Shown: positions 29,301-37,982 of the stretch, in pieces
Position numbering within the stretch: the first letter of the stretch is position 1
How the letters are laid out: each line of letters begins with the position of its first letter
Assembly: GCA_004524445.1 (NCBI GenBank)
Contig: SDNP01000012.1
Span: forward strand, 1 to 64,000
DNA length: 64,000 nt
DNA from: Candidatus Thorarchaeota archaeon
GTDB taxonomy: Archaea > Asgardarchaeota > Thorarchaeia > Thorarchaeales > Thorarchaeaceae
Direction: 5' to 3'
Position numbers and translations under genes: made by a program
The notes under the pieces: generated by a model
What the model was told of the DNA's origin: nothing
The model's input: the letters and a program-made list of their open reading frames with translations, nothing else
Databases searched by the model: none

Positions 29301-32300
29301 ATCCTCTGGATCCAGATAGCGATGATGATGGAATAAACGATGCTGACGATGACCAGGACCATGACGGGCTCAGCAACATTGACGAGATTCGCGTGTATAA
29401 CACATCACCAATACTCTGGGATACTGACGGGGACATGCTTAGCGACGGACTTGAGATTGAAGTCGGTCTCGATCCCCTGAATAATGATACGGATGGAGAT
29501 GGACTTCTGGACGGCTATCACGACCTCAATGGCAACGGTAGATGGGATCCCGGAGAGCCTGGCGAAGACATCAATGCAAATGGAGTTGTTGACCCTGGCG
29601 AAACAGACCCCAATAATCCGGACAGTGACGGAGATGGACTTCTCGACGGAGAAGAGATCAATCTGGGAACTGATCCGCTAGACCCTGATACTGATGAAGA
29701 CGGACTCACCGATGGGGAAGAAGTTCACGAATACGGTACCAATCCGTTACTATCGGACTCAGATGGCGACGGTCTGGATGACTACATAGAAGTAGTAATC
29801 ACAGGGACTGACCCTAATGATCCCACCACATATGGCTCAATCAATGACTATGATTATGATTCTGATGGCGATGGTATCTCGAATGGCGATGAGATCTACG
29901 TCTATGGCACATCTCCAGGAGATGCTGATTCGGACAACGATAACCTAGATGACTGGGCTGAGATTTTCGTGCATGGCTCAGACCCAAATAATCCCGATTC
30001 TGACGGTGATGGGTTGAACGATGGGGAAGAAGTTGAATTTGGAACAGATCCCTTGAAACAAGATACTGATGGAGACGGGCTTGACGACTATGTCGAGATT
30101 ATGGTGCTTGGGCTTAATGCCACACGTGTGGATACTTTCTACAACGGCACCTCTGACTATGATCTTGACATGGATGGCGACGGGCTTAGCAATGGGCTTG
30201 AGATTTATGGATACGGAACAGACCCGATGAAGGCGGACACTGATGGTGACGGGCTTAGTGACGGGTTTGAGGTATATGTAGCTGGAAGCTCGCCAACTGA
30301 CAAAGACACTGACGACGATGGTATCAGCGACTACGACGAGTACTATGTCTATGGTACAAATCCCAGAAGGGTGGATACAGATGGAGATGGCATCAGCGAC
30401 TATGACGAGGTATATTTCTATCTCACGGACCCGACACATTGGGATTCCGATGGAGATGGACTCTCTGACTATGATGAAGTGTTTGAGTATGAAACAGATC
30501 CCAACTCCGCTGATACAGATGGTGATGGAATCTCAGACAAGAAGGAGCTGGAACTGGGGACTGACCCAAATCTCGCAGACACCGATGGAGACGGACTTAC
30601 CGACTATGAAGAATGGAAGATATACGGAACTGACCCGCTGGAAGCTGATTCCGATGGAGATGGACTAAACGACAAGGAAGAGATAGAACTAGGAACCGAC
30701 CCAAACAATGCTGACTCTGATTTTGACTCGTTAAGCGATGGAGATGAAGTCAACCTTTACGGAACAAACCCTCTGGATGCTGATACGGATGGAGACAATC
30801 TGGCAGATGCAGACGAGATATGGAACAGCCACACGGACCCAACTAATCCTGACACTGATGGAGACGGGATTACTGATGACCTTGAAGACATAGACGGTGA
30901 TGGAATAAACAACTTTGACGAGATATACCTCTACGGAACCAACTGCACCCTCATCGATACCGATGGGGACGGATTGTCGGACTATTACGAGATCTTCGTG
31001 AGTGGAACTTCTCCAGTCAATGCTGATACGGACGGGGATGGCATTCCAGACTGGGAGGAGCTCTTCTACTACTTCAGCGATCCGCTCAGAGTGGATTCAG
31101 ACGGGGACGGACTCACAGACTACGAAGAGGCCTTTGTCTACTACACTGCACTCAACAGCACCGATACCGACGGCGATGGGCTCAGTGACTACGATGAAAT
31201 CAAGGTCTTCGAAACCGACCCGTTGAACCCGGACACGGACGGAGACGGACTCACAGATTACGAGGAGCTGAATACCTACAACACCGATCCTCTGAGGGCA
31301 GACACGGACGGAGACGGGCTGACCGACGCACAGGAAGTCGCCATCGGGACGAACCCCCGACTGCAAGACACCGATGGAGATGGACTCACCGATTTTGAAG
31401 AGAATAACGTGACTCTGACTGACCCCCTCAAATTCAGCACTCAGGACAACGGAGTTTCGGATGCAGACTGGGATATGGACAATGATATGCTTACTAACAT
31501 ACATGAGCTGAGACTGACCAAGACTGACCCCCGAAACAATGACACGAATGGCAATGGCATCATAGATGGTTTAGACGACGAAGACAGAGACCTGTTGACC
31601 AACTATGAGGAATGTGTCTTAACGGAGACCGATCCCCGAAACAAGGATACAAATGGAAACGGAATCAGCGACTACAACGATGATGAAGACGGAGATGGCC
31701 TTAGCAACGGAGATGAAATCAACATCTATAGTACGGATCCATTATTGAAAGACACAGATGGGGATGCGGTAAATGACTATGATGAAGTCATGGAATACCA
31801 TACCGACCCCTTAAACGCCGACTCTGACGGCGACGGACTGGACGACGGAGTTGAGATTTTCGACTATGGTACGAACGCTCTCTCCAATGACACGGACTCC
31901 GATCTGCTGTCGGACTACGAGGAGATCTTCCTGACCGACACCGACCCAACCACAAACATGACTTACCCGGGAATACTCGACTCGGAATACGACTCTGATG
32001 GCGACGGGCTCTCCAACTTAGATGAGCTGCGAGTCTATGGCACCAATCCCCTCGACCCAGACTCTGATAACGACGATCTGCTTGATGGCCATGAGGTTGA
32101 GATTGGGACCTCTCCAACAGACCCAGACTCCGACTCTGATGGTCTCCTAGATGGTCACGAAGTCCTCGTTCTGGGAACCGACCCGCTCGATCCCGATAGC
32201 GATGGAGATGGAGTGACGGATTACGATGAAGTCATGGTCTACATGACCAACCCCACCTCAGCAGATACAGACGGAGATTGGCTGACAGACTATGATGAAA

Positions 32301-33106
32301 TCTTCATATACGAAACCGACCCGCTCGATCCCGATAGCGATGGAGACGGAGTGACGGATTACGATGAAGTCATCACCCACGGAACCGATCCGTTCTCAGC
32401 TGACACTGACGGCGATGGGTTAGATGACTATTTCGAGATTATGAACATTGGTTTATTTGGATTATCGCCAACAAATAACGATACAGATTCTGATGGTCTT
32501 GATGATTATGAAGAAGTAATGATTTACCACACCCGTGCCGATAATCCGGACACGGATGGCGATGGATTGACCGACTATGAGGAGGTCGTCATCTATGGAA
32601 CCGACCCCCTTGACCCTGATACGGATGGAGATGGCTTCATCGACTCACAGGATTTTGACCCCAAAATCCATTGGATAGTACCTATCGCATTGCTGCTACT
32701 GATAGTAGGGGTCATTGGTGCGGTATTCCGGAAGATTCGCGAAGAGCAGGAGACAAAGCGCCCCATTACACGCGCGGAACCAGCAAGTCCCGGACTGGAG
32801 CCAGGTATGGACGTTGAAGTTGATTATAAGATTCGAGAGGGAAGAGTGGTCTTTGGTGTAGCCATACGGAATGGCTCTGAACATCTGATGCGCAATGTGC
32901 AGGTGATTCTGGGTGTTCCAGACCTCACAGACACCATAAAGAGCAAGCATGTGGGCACAGTTGATGCGGGAGGCTTCAATGTAGTAGAGGTGGAATTTGA
33001 GCTGCAGCCGGGTGCGGAGGGAGAGCTAGTTGGCATGGTTGAGTACGACACCGAAGATGGAGAGCACAGAGTGGTGAATCTCAGACCGGTACGGATTGTT
33101 GCCTGA
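26351..33106 (+). CDS. Giant type-I membrane surface protein: FG-GAP propeller, Ca-binding DxDxDG (TSP3-like) repeats, TM, cytoplasmic beta-sandwich
   Basis: Signal peptide; DxDGDG..E blades with many NxT/S sequons; long array of GTDPxxxDTDGDGLxDxEE; IHWIVPIALLLLIVGVIGAVF TM followed by RKIR. Confidence 0.88.
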   Translation: MKAYQIALAVVLFCVIVGLQSTAVNPTTQGEVFSIQHPPMQLSQLTPYETALVWSNTTDGTIVDIVVGNFDGDANAEVTIVTQNGTLFILDSDGTEIVQLTLNGVPRSLDVLTADGDAIDEIVIGTSDGIVILSANGTVVANVTLSSSVEVVASADLDGDGIHEVIAGSSSGRVYAYAVNSSQLWNYTSSGAITVLHTGDIDLDGKEEVLSGSSLGAVAMLNESGGLVFSKTASSAIQVAALADTTGTAELEVLYGDASGNIREFWRNGTLRMSLTLQDAISSLEVGDLLSGGVREIAVGTTGSELRVYNSSYHLQWNKTLANTVSAILFSDVGGLPSDQLLAGVDGGSIQIFNATGRSISQTDITGFSGVLDDGDLDNNGRMEFIVGTDTAEVAAYGKDHDKDGLADARETLIEGTDPSKADTDGDRLSDGEEVLEYGTDPLNPDSDGDGLNDFAEVITYGTDPNSPDSDGDGLTDWQEVYLGTDPNLADTDGDGLTDYEENNVTKTSPTMADSNGNGINDAQDDNDGDGLTNIQEVRITLTDPNDVDTNNNGISDYYDDEDGDGLANWKEIELGTGVHNPDSDGDGLLDGEEVKTYKTDPLDEDTDGDGLTDYEEVKIVGSDPTKSDTDGDGLNDYEEYVTYGTNVTNSDTDGDGLTDYEEIRVYSTDPLVADSDGDNISDGDEVLIYETDPNSEDTDLDQLSDYDEIFIYNTDPLSSDTDSDGLDDYAEVMVWGTDPNSADTDDDGILDKDEIDFYPTFNATNAYTFNDTINDYEWDTDGDGLWNGHEFYLTRTNPNRTDSDLDGIPDDQEDLDLDGLTNYEELYIYGTHPRRPDTDGDGVKDGDEVLILGTDPLDTDSNDNGVSDYDEDFDGDGLSNGIELYITNTDPLNAYTHGPSEPRDDMYDSDGDGLPNWFGVEMTGTDPLYDDSNDNGILDGDEDPDGDGLSNYEEYLAGTDPLNEDTDSDGLTDYEEVMLTLTDPLDPDSDDDGINDADDDQDHDGLSNIDEIRVYNTSPILWDTDGDMLSDGLEIEVGLDPLNNDTDGDGLLDGYHDLNGNGRWDPGEPGEDINANGVVDPGETDPNNPDSDGDGLLDGEEINLGTDPLDPDTDEDGLTDGEEVHEYGTNPLLSDSDGDGLDDYIEVVITGTDPNDPTTYGSINDYDYDSDGDGISNGDEIYVYGTSPGDADSDNDNLDDWAEIFVHGSDPNNPDSDGDGLNDGEEVEFGTDPLKQDTDGDGLDDYVEIMVLGLNATRVDTFYNGTSDYDLDMDGDGLSNGLEIYGYGTDPMKADTDGDGLSDGFEVYVAGSSPTDKDTDDDGISDYDEYYVYGTNPRRVDTDGDGISDYDEVYFYLTDPTHWDSDGDGLSDYDEVFEYETDPNSADTDGDGISDKKELELGTDPNLADTDGDGLTDYEEWKIYGTDPLEADSDGDGLNDKEEIELGTDPNNADSDFDSLSDGDEVNLYGTNPLDADTDGDNLADADEIWNSHTDPTNPDTDGDGITDDLEDIDGDGINNFDEIYLYGTNCTLIDTDGDGLSDYYEIFVSGTSPVNADTDGDGIPDWEELFYYFSDPLRVDSDGDGLTDYEEAFVYYTALNSTDTDGDGLSDYDEIKVFETDPLNPDTDGDGLTDYEELNTYNTDPLRADTDGDGLTDAQEVAIGTNPRLQDTDGDGLTDFEENNVTLTDPLKFSTQDNGVSDADWDMDNDMLTNIHELRLTKTDPRNNDTNGNGIIDGLDDEDRDLLTNYEECVLTETDPRNKDTNGNGISDYNDDEDGDGLSNGDEINIYSTDPLLKDTDGDAVNDYDEVMEYHTDPLNADSDGDGLDDGVEIFDYGTNALSNDTDSDLLSDYEEIFLTDTDPTTNMTYPGILDSEYDSDGDGLSNLDELRVYGTNPLDPDSDNDDLLDGHEVEIGTSPTDPDSDSDGLLDGHEVLVLGTDPLDPDSDGDGVTDYDEVMVYMTNPTSADTDGDWLTDYDEIFIYETDPLDPDSDGDGVTDYDEVITHGTDPFSADTDGDGLDDYFEIMNIGLFGLSPTNNDTDSDGLDDYEEVMIYHTRADNPDTDGDGLTDYEEVVIYGTDPLDPDTDGDGFIDSQDFDPKIHWIVPIALLLLIVGVIGAVFRKIREEQETKRPITRAEPASPGLEPGMDVEVDYKIREGRVVFGVAIRNGSEHLMRNVQVILGVPDLTDTIKSKHVGTVDAGGFNVVEVEFELQPGAEGELVGMVEYDTEDGEHRVVNLRPVRIVA
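27545..32660 (+). repeat. Coding tandem array of roughly 70 units of about 22-23 aa
   Basis: Consensus GTDPxxxD(T/S)DGDGLxDxEE visible throughout the translation; count estimated from length. Confidence 0.9.
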
Positions 33107-33278
33107 AGACCAGCTAACTCGACATCCTTCGAAAAAGCATGGAAACTGCATTATATTTGACTATCTTTTTCGTAAAGCGGATAATCAAAAGGTATAATAC
33201 TGATTTCTAGTAAATTTATCCGCGAATCCGTTTGTCAACCATCGGGATTGTAGGGCAACCAAAGGAAATGTTCGCGGG

Positions 33279-34562
33279 ATGAATCGGGAAGAAATGCTGA
33301 GCTCAATCATGAACATCCTAAGCGGGATGAAAATCGATTCAGAGGTTGAGCCAGAGAGAATACGACCGCCTCTAGTACATTCTAGAAAACGACGGGATCT
33401 GAAGACGCTGGAGGATGAGCTCCGTTTGACCATGGATGAGCTCGAACAGACGTCGTCTCTGGGTATCCTCCTCGGCCGATTGGCGAACCTACATCTTCAG
33501 GAGGGGGACTTCTCCTCAGCAATCCTGCTTTATGAACGGGGACTACGAATCGAACCAAAACAACCCGAAGCGTGGACAAATCTAGGCTTGGCAAAGATAC
33601 TCTCAAACAACTCAGATACTGCAATTGGCTGTCTTGATACTGCCCTTGAGCTGGATTCGACTAATTCGAGAGCGATCTGTTTCAAGGGCCTTGCCCATCT
33701 GAAACAAGGTTCTGTTGCTGAGGCTAAGAGAGTCTTCAGCGACATTGTAGACTATCAACCCAAATGCGAACGCGCACTGATTGGTCTGGGTCTGTGCCAC
33801 AAGAAGAAAGGCGAACTGGATAAAGCAATCTCATGGTTCATGAAGGCCGACATGGAAAATAGTGGGAGTCTTGCAGCAGAATTGGAGTTGGGGAAGTTAT
33901 ACTTGGAACAGAAGCAATACAGGAAAGCTGAGGAGGCATTTCACGAGGCTGTGAAAATCGATGGGGGCAACCCAACAGCAATTGTGGGGCTGGGCGACGC
34001 CCAATTTGGGAAACAAAAATACAACGAGGCATTATACTTCTACAACAAGGCACTGACAGCAGTAAAGGGAGACCCCGAGCTCTGGGTCAAGAAAGGCAAC
34101 GCTCACAAGATGAATCGTTCGTATGAAGAAGCTGCTGAGGCATATCAAAAGGCAATACAGGCAAATCGTGAATATATCCCGGCGTGGATAAAAGCCGCAC
34201 AGGTTTATGTTTTGATGAAGGATGCAGATACCGCCCTGGAGTTCTTTAAGACAGCAATATCGCTTGCCCCAGAGAACGCGGATGTCGTCCATCAACGGGG
34301 ACTCGTGAATCTCTCAATCGGGAATCTGAATGCGGCATTGGCAGACTTCGACAAAGCTTTTTCGGTCGATGCGAGTAATCCGGAACATCTATACTACAGA
34401 GCTGGCATCTTGGAGAAACTTGAAAGGTATGATGAAGCACTGAGAACATGGCAAATTGCCAGAGATCTGTATGAAGATATCGAGAATACCACTCGAGAAG
34501 CAGAATGCAATGCAAAGATGAAACGTCTGAAGCGTCTCCATGATTTAGAGGAGTACGAGTGA
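33279..34562 (+). CDS. Tetratricopeptide repeat protein
   Basis: About 10 34-aa repeats (AWTNLG, ALIGLG, LWVKKG, AWIKAA, YYRAG). Confidence 0.92.
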   Translation: MNREEMLSSIMNILSGMKIDSEVEPERIRPPLVHSRKRRDLKTLEDELRLTMDELEQTSSLGILLGRLANLHLQEGDFSSAILLYERGLRIEPKQPEAWTNLGLAKILSNNSDTAIGCLDTALELDSTNSRAICFKGLAHLKQGSVAEAKRVFSDIVDYQPKCERALIGLGLCHKKKGELDKAISWFMKADMENSGSLAAELELGKLYLEQKQYRKAEEAFHEAVKIDGGNPTAIVGLGDAQFGKQKYNEALYFYNKALTAVKGDPELWVKKGNAHKMNRSYEEAAEAYQKAIQANREYIPAWIKAAQVYVLMKDADTALEFFKTAISLAPENADVVHQRGLVNLSIGNLNAALADFDKAFSVDASNPEHLYYRAGILEKLERYDEALRTWQIARDLYEDIENTTREAECNAKMKRLKRLHDLEEYE

Positions 34563-34574
34563 GCGAGTATTATT

Positions 34575-37500
34575 CTACTTGAAGATAAGAGCAGACAGAT
34601 TCTTCAACGTCTTTACTTCATCACAGCTACTTGAGAGGACAATATACCCTTGTAGACTCGTACTCTCACCTGGATACAATTCTCGTTCATCAGAGAGATC
34701 GAACATCTGAGCTTTATCACTAAGTGTGGCAAAGGACAAGGTCTCTCTGTGCTTCGCAGTGGAGATCAGGCCAATAGGCTGGGGGGAGTTTGGAATGCAA
34801 ATCCATCCTTCTTGAGCTGAAGACTGAACTGACAGATGTTGACCGGTGGGCTCTATTAGCTGCTCTTTGCCATTGAAGGTTGTGAGGACATTGGATAACG
34901 GCATTCCATTCTGCTTTAGCGCACCACGGAAGCCAAAAGTGAAACGTGCCCATTTTTTGCTTTTATTTTCCGCTTTGACAGAGAAATGTAGCAGAGGTGT
35001 TCCCGGGAGGACAAGATACCGAAGTCGCCAGACGAAATCTTTGAGCCCCGGGCAATGTTTTAGGCTTGAAGTCATCTCATAACCAGTCCATGGGGATAAT
35101 TCTATCTGCGTCGCTTTCCAGGATTCCTTCGGAAGAGCTGATTCCCAGTCCCATATACCTTCAGCTTGAATAATGGGAGAGATTCCGGAGTGGAAACGGG
35201 CCCACCAGACAAAGGGCTTTGCCTTCGGGAAAGTATCATAGAGGACACTTTCTTCACTTCCTTTGGATATGCGAAGAAGTCCGCCGCAGTAGTCAGGAGA
35301 CACAGCAATGCTTAATGGTTTGGTCAGCAATTGGTGGAGTTTCTTGCCTTGCGCTTGACCAATTTCAACATCCACTCCCTGAGGAGAATCGTACGCGATT
35401 GCAGCAAATGGAATCCTAGCAATTCGATTCTGAAAGCGGAGAGTAATCTCGCCACCTTCTCGTAGCCAAGAAGCATCGGAAGAGGCGTGGAGCCTGAGTA
35501 GTACCCGGTAGGGCGAGTTAATTCCCAGTGAATCAGAGCGGAATTCGAATGTATCCTGATTATCCAAAGTTATGCCGTTGGGAAAATCCATTCTCCCTTG
35601 TACTGCCACAGGAGTTTCATTAATTACCCGAATTTCAAATTCGATATCATTGACATTGTTCCGCCTCAGGAGAAGGGAGGATTCTGAGTGAAGCCCCCTT
35701 ACATTGCCGGGAGAAATGAAACCAACCTGCAAATCAGATTGAATTTCTTGCGGGTGGCCTGGCATCCTTCTGTTATTGAGGTTAGCCGATAGGTTCCTAA
35801 TTTTAATCCATTCTCCATCTCCAATATAGAATCTAAGGAGTCGCTTCTCAATGGTTTCGCTCGGAGCTATGTTAGGCAATCCGTACTCAAAATACGGTAA
35901 TCCGCGTCGTCGAAGCCTAATCTCTCTCAGGTCTTCTCCTATGTCCCAAAGATAGCCAAGCAACACCTTATCATCATACATCGAAACTGCAGCCCATTGT
36001 TCATGGTATTCTTTGGGTTTTCTAGGTAGTTGCTCATTTCCACTCCATTCAGCAGAAGAGAGATGGTATATCTTACCCCTAAGGGGAACGTAAAGTTTCT
36101 GACCATTGAAATCCGCCCAACCCGCGATTCTTACGCCCAAATTATCTAGAACTTCTTGACCGTTGTTAGTCATCTCGATAGAGGTTTCCAAGTACTCCTG
36201 TCCAGGAAACACCTTGAAGCAAATGTCAAGTTTGCATCCCGGGGTTTCAGTTGACTCTCCCTGAAGGCGAACTTCAGCGTAATCATTGGTGTTGTGAATT
36301 TGTATGTCAAACCTCTTTCGGTCCCATTCAGAACCACCACTCGGAAATGGATAACCCAATGCCGGCAAGAAACCCCAAAGGGAAAGTGTCCGATTAGTCT
36401 GTTTGTGCCAAATTTTGCGCAATGCCATAGGTGGCTGGTCATTAATTCCTATTCTGAAGCTGAAGGTCTCCAATATTAGAAGCCCATGTGGACTTCTGTA
36501 GGCAACAGCCCCGCTTGGGCTAATAGTTGGAATTGGGATTCGCTGCCGGCTTAGCCAGGATTCTTGGCCACTCTGCTCTACTTTCAGATCTAACTCTAAC
36601 ACGCTGACATCGGATTCATCTGAATCTGGTGCATTTAATTCTATGAGAATCTCTGTGCTTTCACCAGCTTCCAAATAGAACCGTTCTCTTGTGGGATCTA
36701 TAATGGTGTCTTCACTTGGAATAATCTCTGCAGTACCACTGAGTTGGAGCTCAGCATTGCTGGACAATATTACACCTATCTGTTTCTTCTCACCTGGTGA
36801 AAGGGCGAGAAAAGGAGGATTTGTGGTCACGCTAATTAACTCGGTGGGAATCAGACCACTGTAGAGCAAGATTTTTTCTCCACCGAATTCGAGAGCAAAC
36901 TCGGCCTGCGTTCTTACTTTAATGTCCGGGTCCTTATCTCGATCCAATGGCTCAGCGGCTTTATCGATGGAGAAGAAACCAGGTAACTCGACCGTTTCAT
37001 TTGGGTTCAATATCCCTGTATCCTCATCTTTCAGCTTGATGTGAAAATAGTCGGAGGAGGAAATAGTAAGCTGATATGGCAGTGGTCCTTCAGTGCCATT
37101 CTTGAGCCTAATCGAGAATGGAACTTCACCGTATCCGATGTATCCAATGTGCCTCTTGGGTTTGATTTCAGCCGCTATAGTTTGACCATCGAGAGTCCGA
37201 GAGAAACCGCACATGCCCTTTGCCTCGCGGTCAATTACCACATCAAGTGTATCGCCATTACCTGCAAAATGATACTTGAACACCCCAATGCTGTCCTCCT
37301 GAACAGTGTCGGGTTCCTGCGTGATATCACGCTCAAGAGAGTTATACCAGTTATGGCGCTTGAAGAATTCCGAGAAAATCTCTGCATTCAGGATTCCTGG
37401 AATATGTGATTCCATGAGGACGCTGGTTTCTGGAACCCAGTTGTACCCAACGCGTTTGTAAAGCGGCACAGCTTTCAGATTCCCACCCCACGTATGCAAG

Positions 37501-37874
37501 TCCACGCGGCGCTTGCCTGCTCTTGCAGAGGTTTCTGCCGCTTCGATTAGCATAGCCTTTCCAAAGCCACGTTTCTGAAATTCTGGATTTACTCCGAGGA
37601 GACCTACATATGATGCTTCAGGATCTAATTCGCTTTGGCACACGTTACAGTGTCCCACAATTTTGCCGTCAACTTCTGCAATCAGCACGCGAATATCTTC
37701 TTTCTTCTGAAGATTGTCAAGAACCCTTTCTGTTGTGATTGGTGTGCCACCCGTGAAGCCTCCGGGCCATGAGTCACTATCATCAAAGCTATTGAAGCAC
37801 TCCGCCAGCAGTTTGGCATCTTCTCTGGTCTTTGCGATATCTCGCACGGTGCCTTCTGACAGCTTATTGGACAT
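34575..37874 (-). CDS. Large protein with N-terminal GNAT acetyltransferase domain
   Basis: VNPEFQKRGFGK, DLHTWGGNLKAVPLYKRVGY; about 900-aa beta-rich remainder; start moved to ATG37874. Confidence 0.8.
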   Translation of the reverse strand: MSNKLSEGTVRDIAKTREDAKLLAECFNSFDDSDSWPGGFTGGTPITTERVLDNLQKKEDIRVLIAEVDGKIVGHCNVCQSELDPEASYVGLLGVNPEFQKRGFGKAMLIEAAETSARAGKRRVDLHTWGGNLKAVPLYKRVGYNWVPETSVLMESHIPGILNAEIFSEFFKRHNWYNSLERDITQEPDTVQEDSIGVFKYHFAGNGDTLDVVIDREAKGMCGFSRTLDGQTIAAEIKPKRHIGYIGYGEVPFSIRLKNGTEGPLPYQLTISSSDYFHIKLKDEDTGILNPNETVELPGFFSIDKAAEPLDRDKDPDIKVRTQAEFALEFGGEKILLYSGLIPTELISVTTNPPFLALSPGEKKQIGVILSSNAELQLSGTAEIIPSEDTIIDPTRERFYLEAGESTEILIELNAPDSDESDVSVLELDLKVEQSGQESWLSRQRIPIPTISPSGAVAYRSPHGLLILETFSFRIGINDQPPMALRKIWHKQTNRTLSLWGFLPALGYPFPSGGSEWDRKRFDIQIHNTNDYAEVRLQGESTETPGCKLDICFKVFPGQEYLETSIEMTNNGQEVLDNLGVRIAGWADFNGQKLYVPLRGKIYHLSSAEWSGNEQLPRKPKEYHEQWAAVSMYDDKVLLGYLWDIGEDLREIRLRRRGLPYFEYGLPNIAPSETIEKRLLRFYIGDGEWIKIRNLSANLNNRRMPGHPQEIQSDLQVGFISPGNVRGLHSESSLLLRRNNVNDIEFEIRVINETPVAVQGRMDFPNGITLDNQDTFEFRSDSLGINSPYRVLLRLHASSDASWLREGGEITLRFQNRIARIPFAAIAYDSPQGVDVEIGQAQGKKLHQLLTKPLSIAVSPDYCGGLLRISKGSEESVLYDTFPKAKPFVWWARFHSGISPIIQAEGIWDWESALPKESWKATQIELSPWTGYEMTSSLKHCPGLKDFVWRLRYLVLPGTPLLHFSVKAENKSKKWARFTFGFRGALKQNGMPLSNVLTTFNGKEQLIEPTGQHLSVQSSAQEGWICIPNSPQPIGLISTAKHRETLSFATLSDKAQMFDLSDERELYPGESTSLQGYIVLSSSCDEVKTLKNLSALIFK

Positions 37875-37982
37875 CTTGATAGCCTCCACTAGAATTAAGG
37901 GAAACATCTATCCCCGATGGCAAATGATTAAGAGTTTTTTGAACTCCGCCAATAGCTTCGAGGGATTCCATACCACTTAGGA

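Noticed and set aside
27545-32660. Periodic 66-69-nt DNA repeats as a CRISPR array
   Set aside because: The repeats are in-frame, vary at synonymous positions and lie inside one ORF; no cas genes
21008-34562. Proto-BBSome/IFT complex (propeller, ear-like domain, TPR, GIFT)
   Set aside because: The propeller and GIFT domain are predicted extracellular and these folds are generic; orthology cannot be supported without searches
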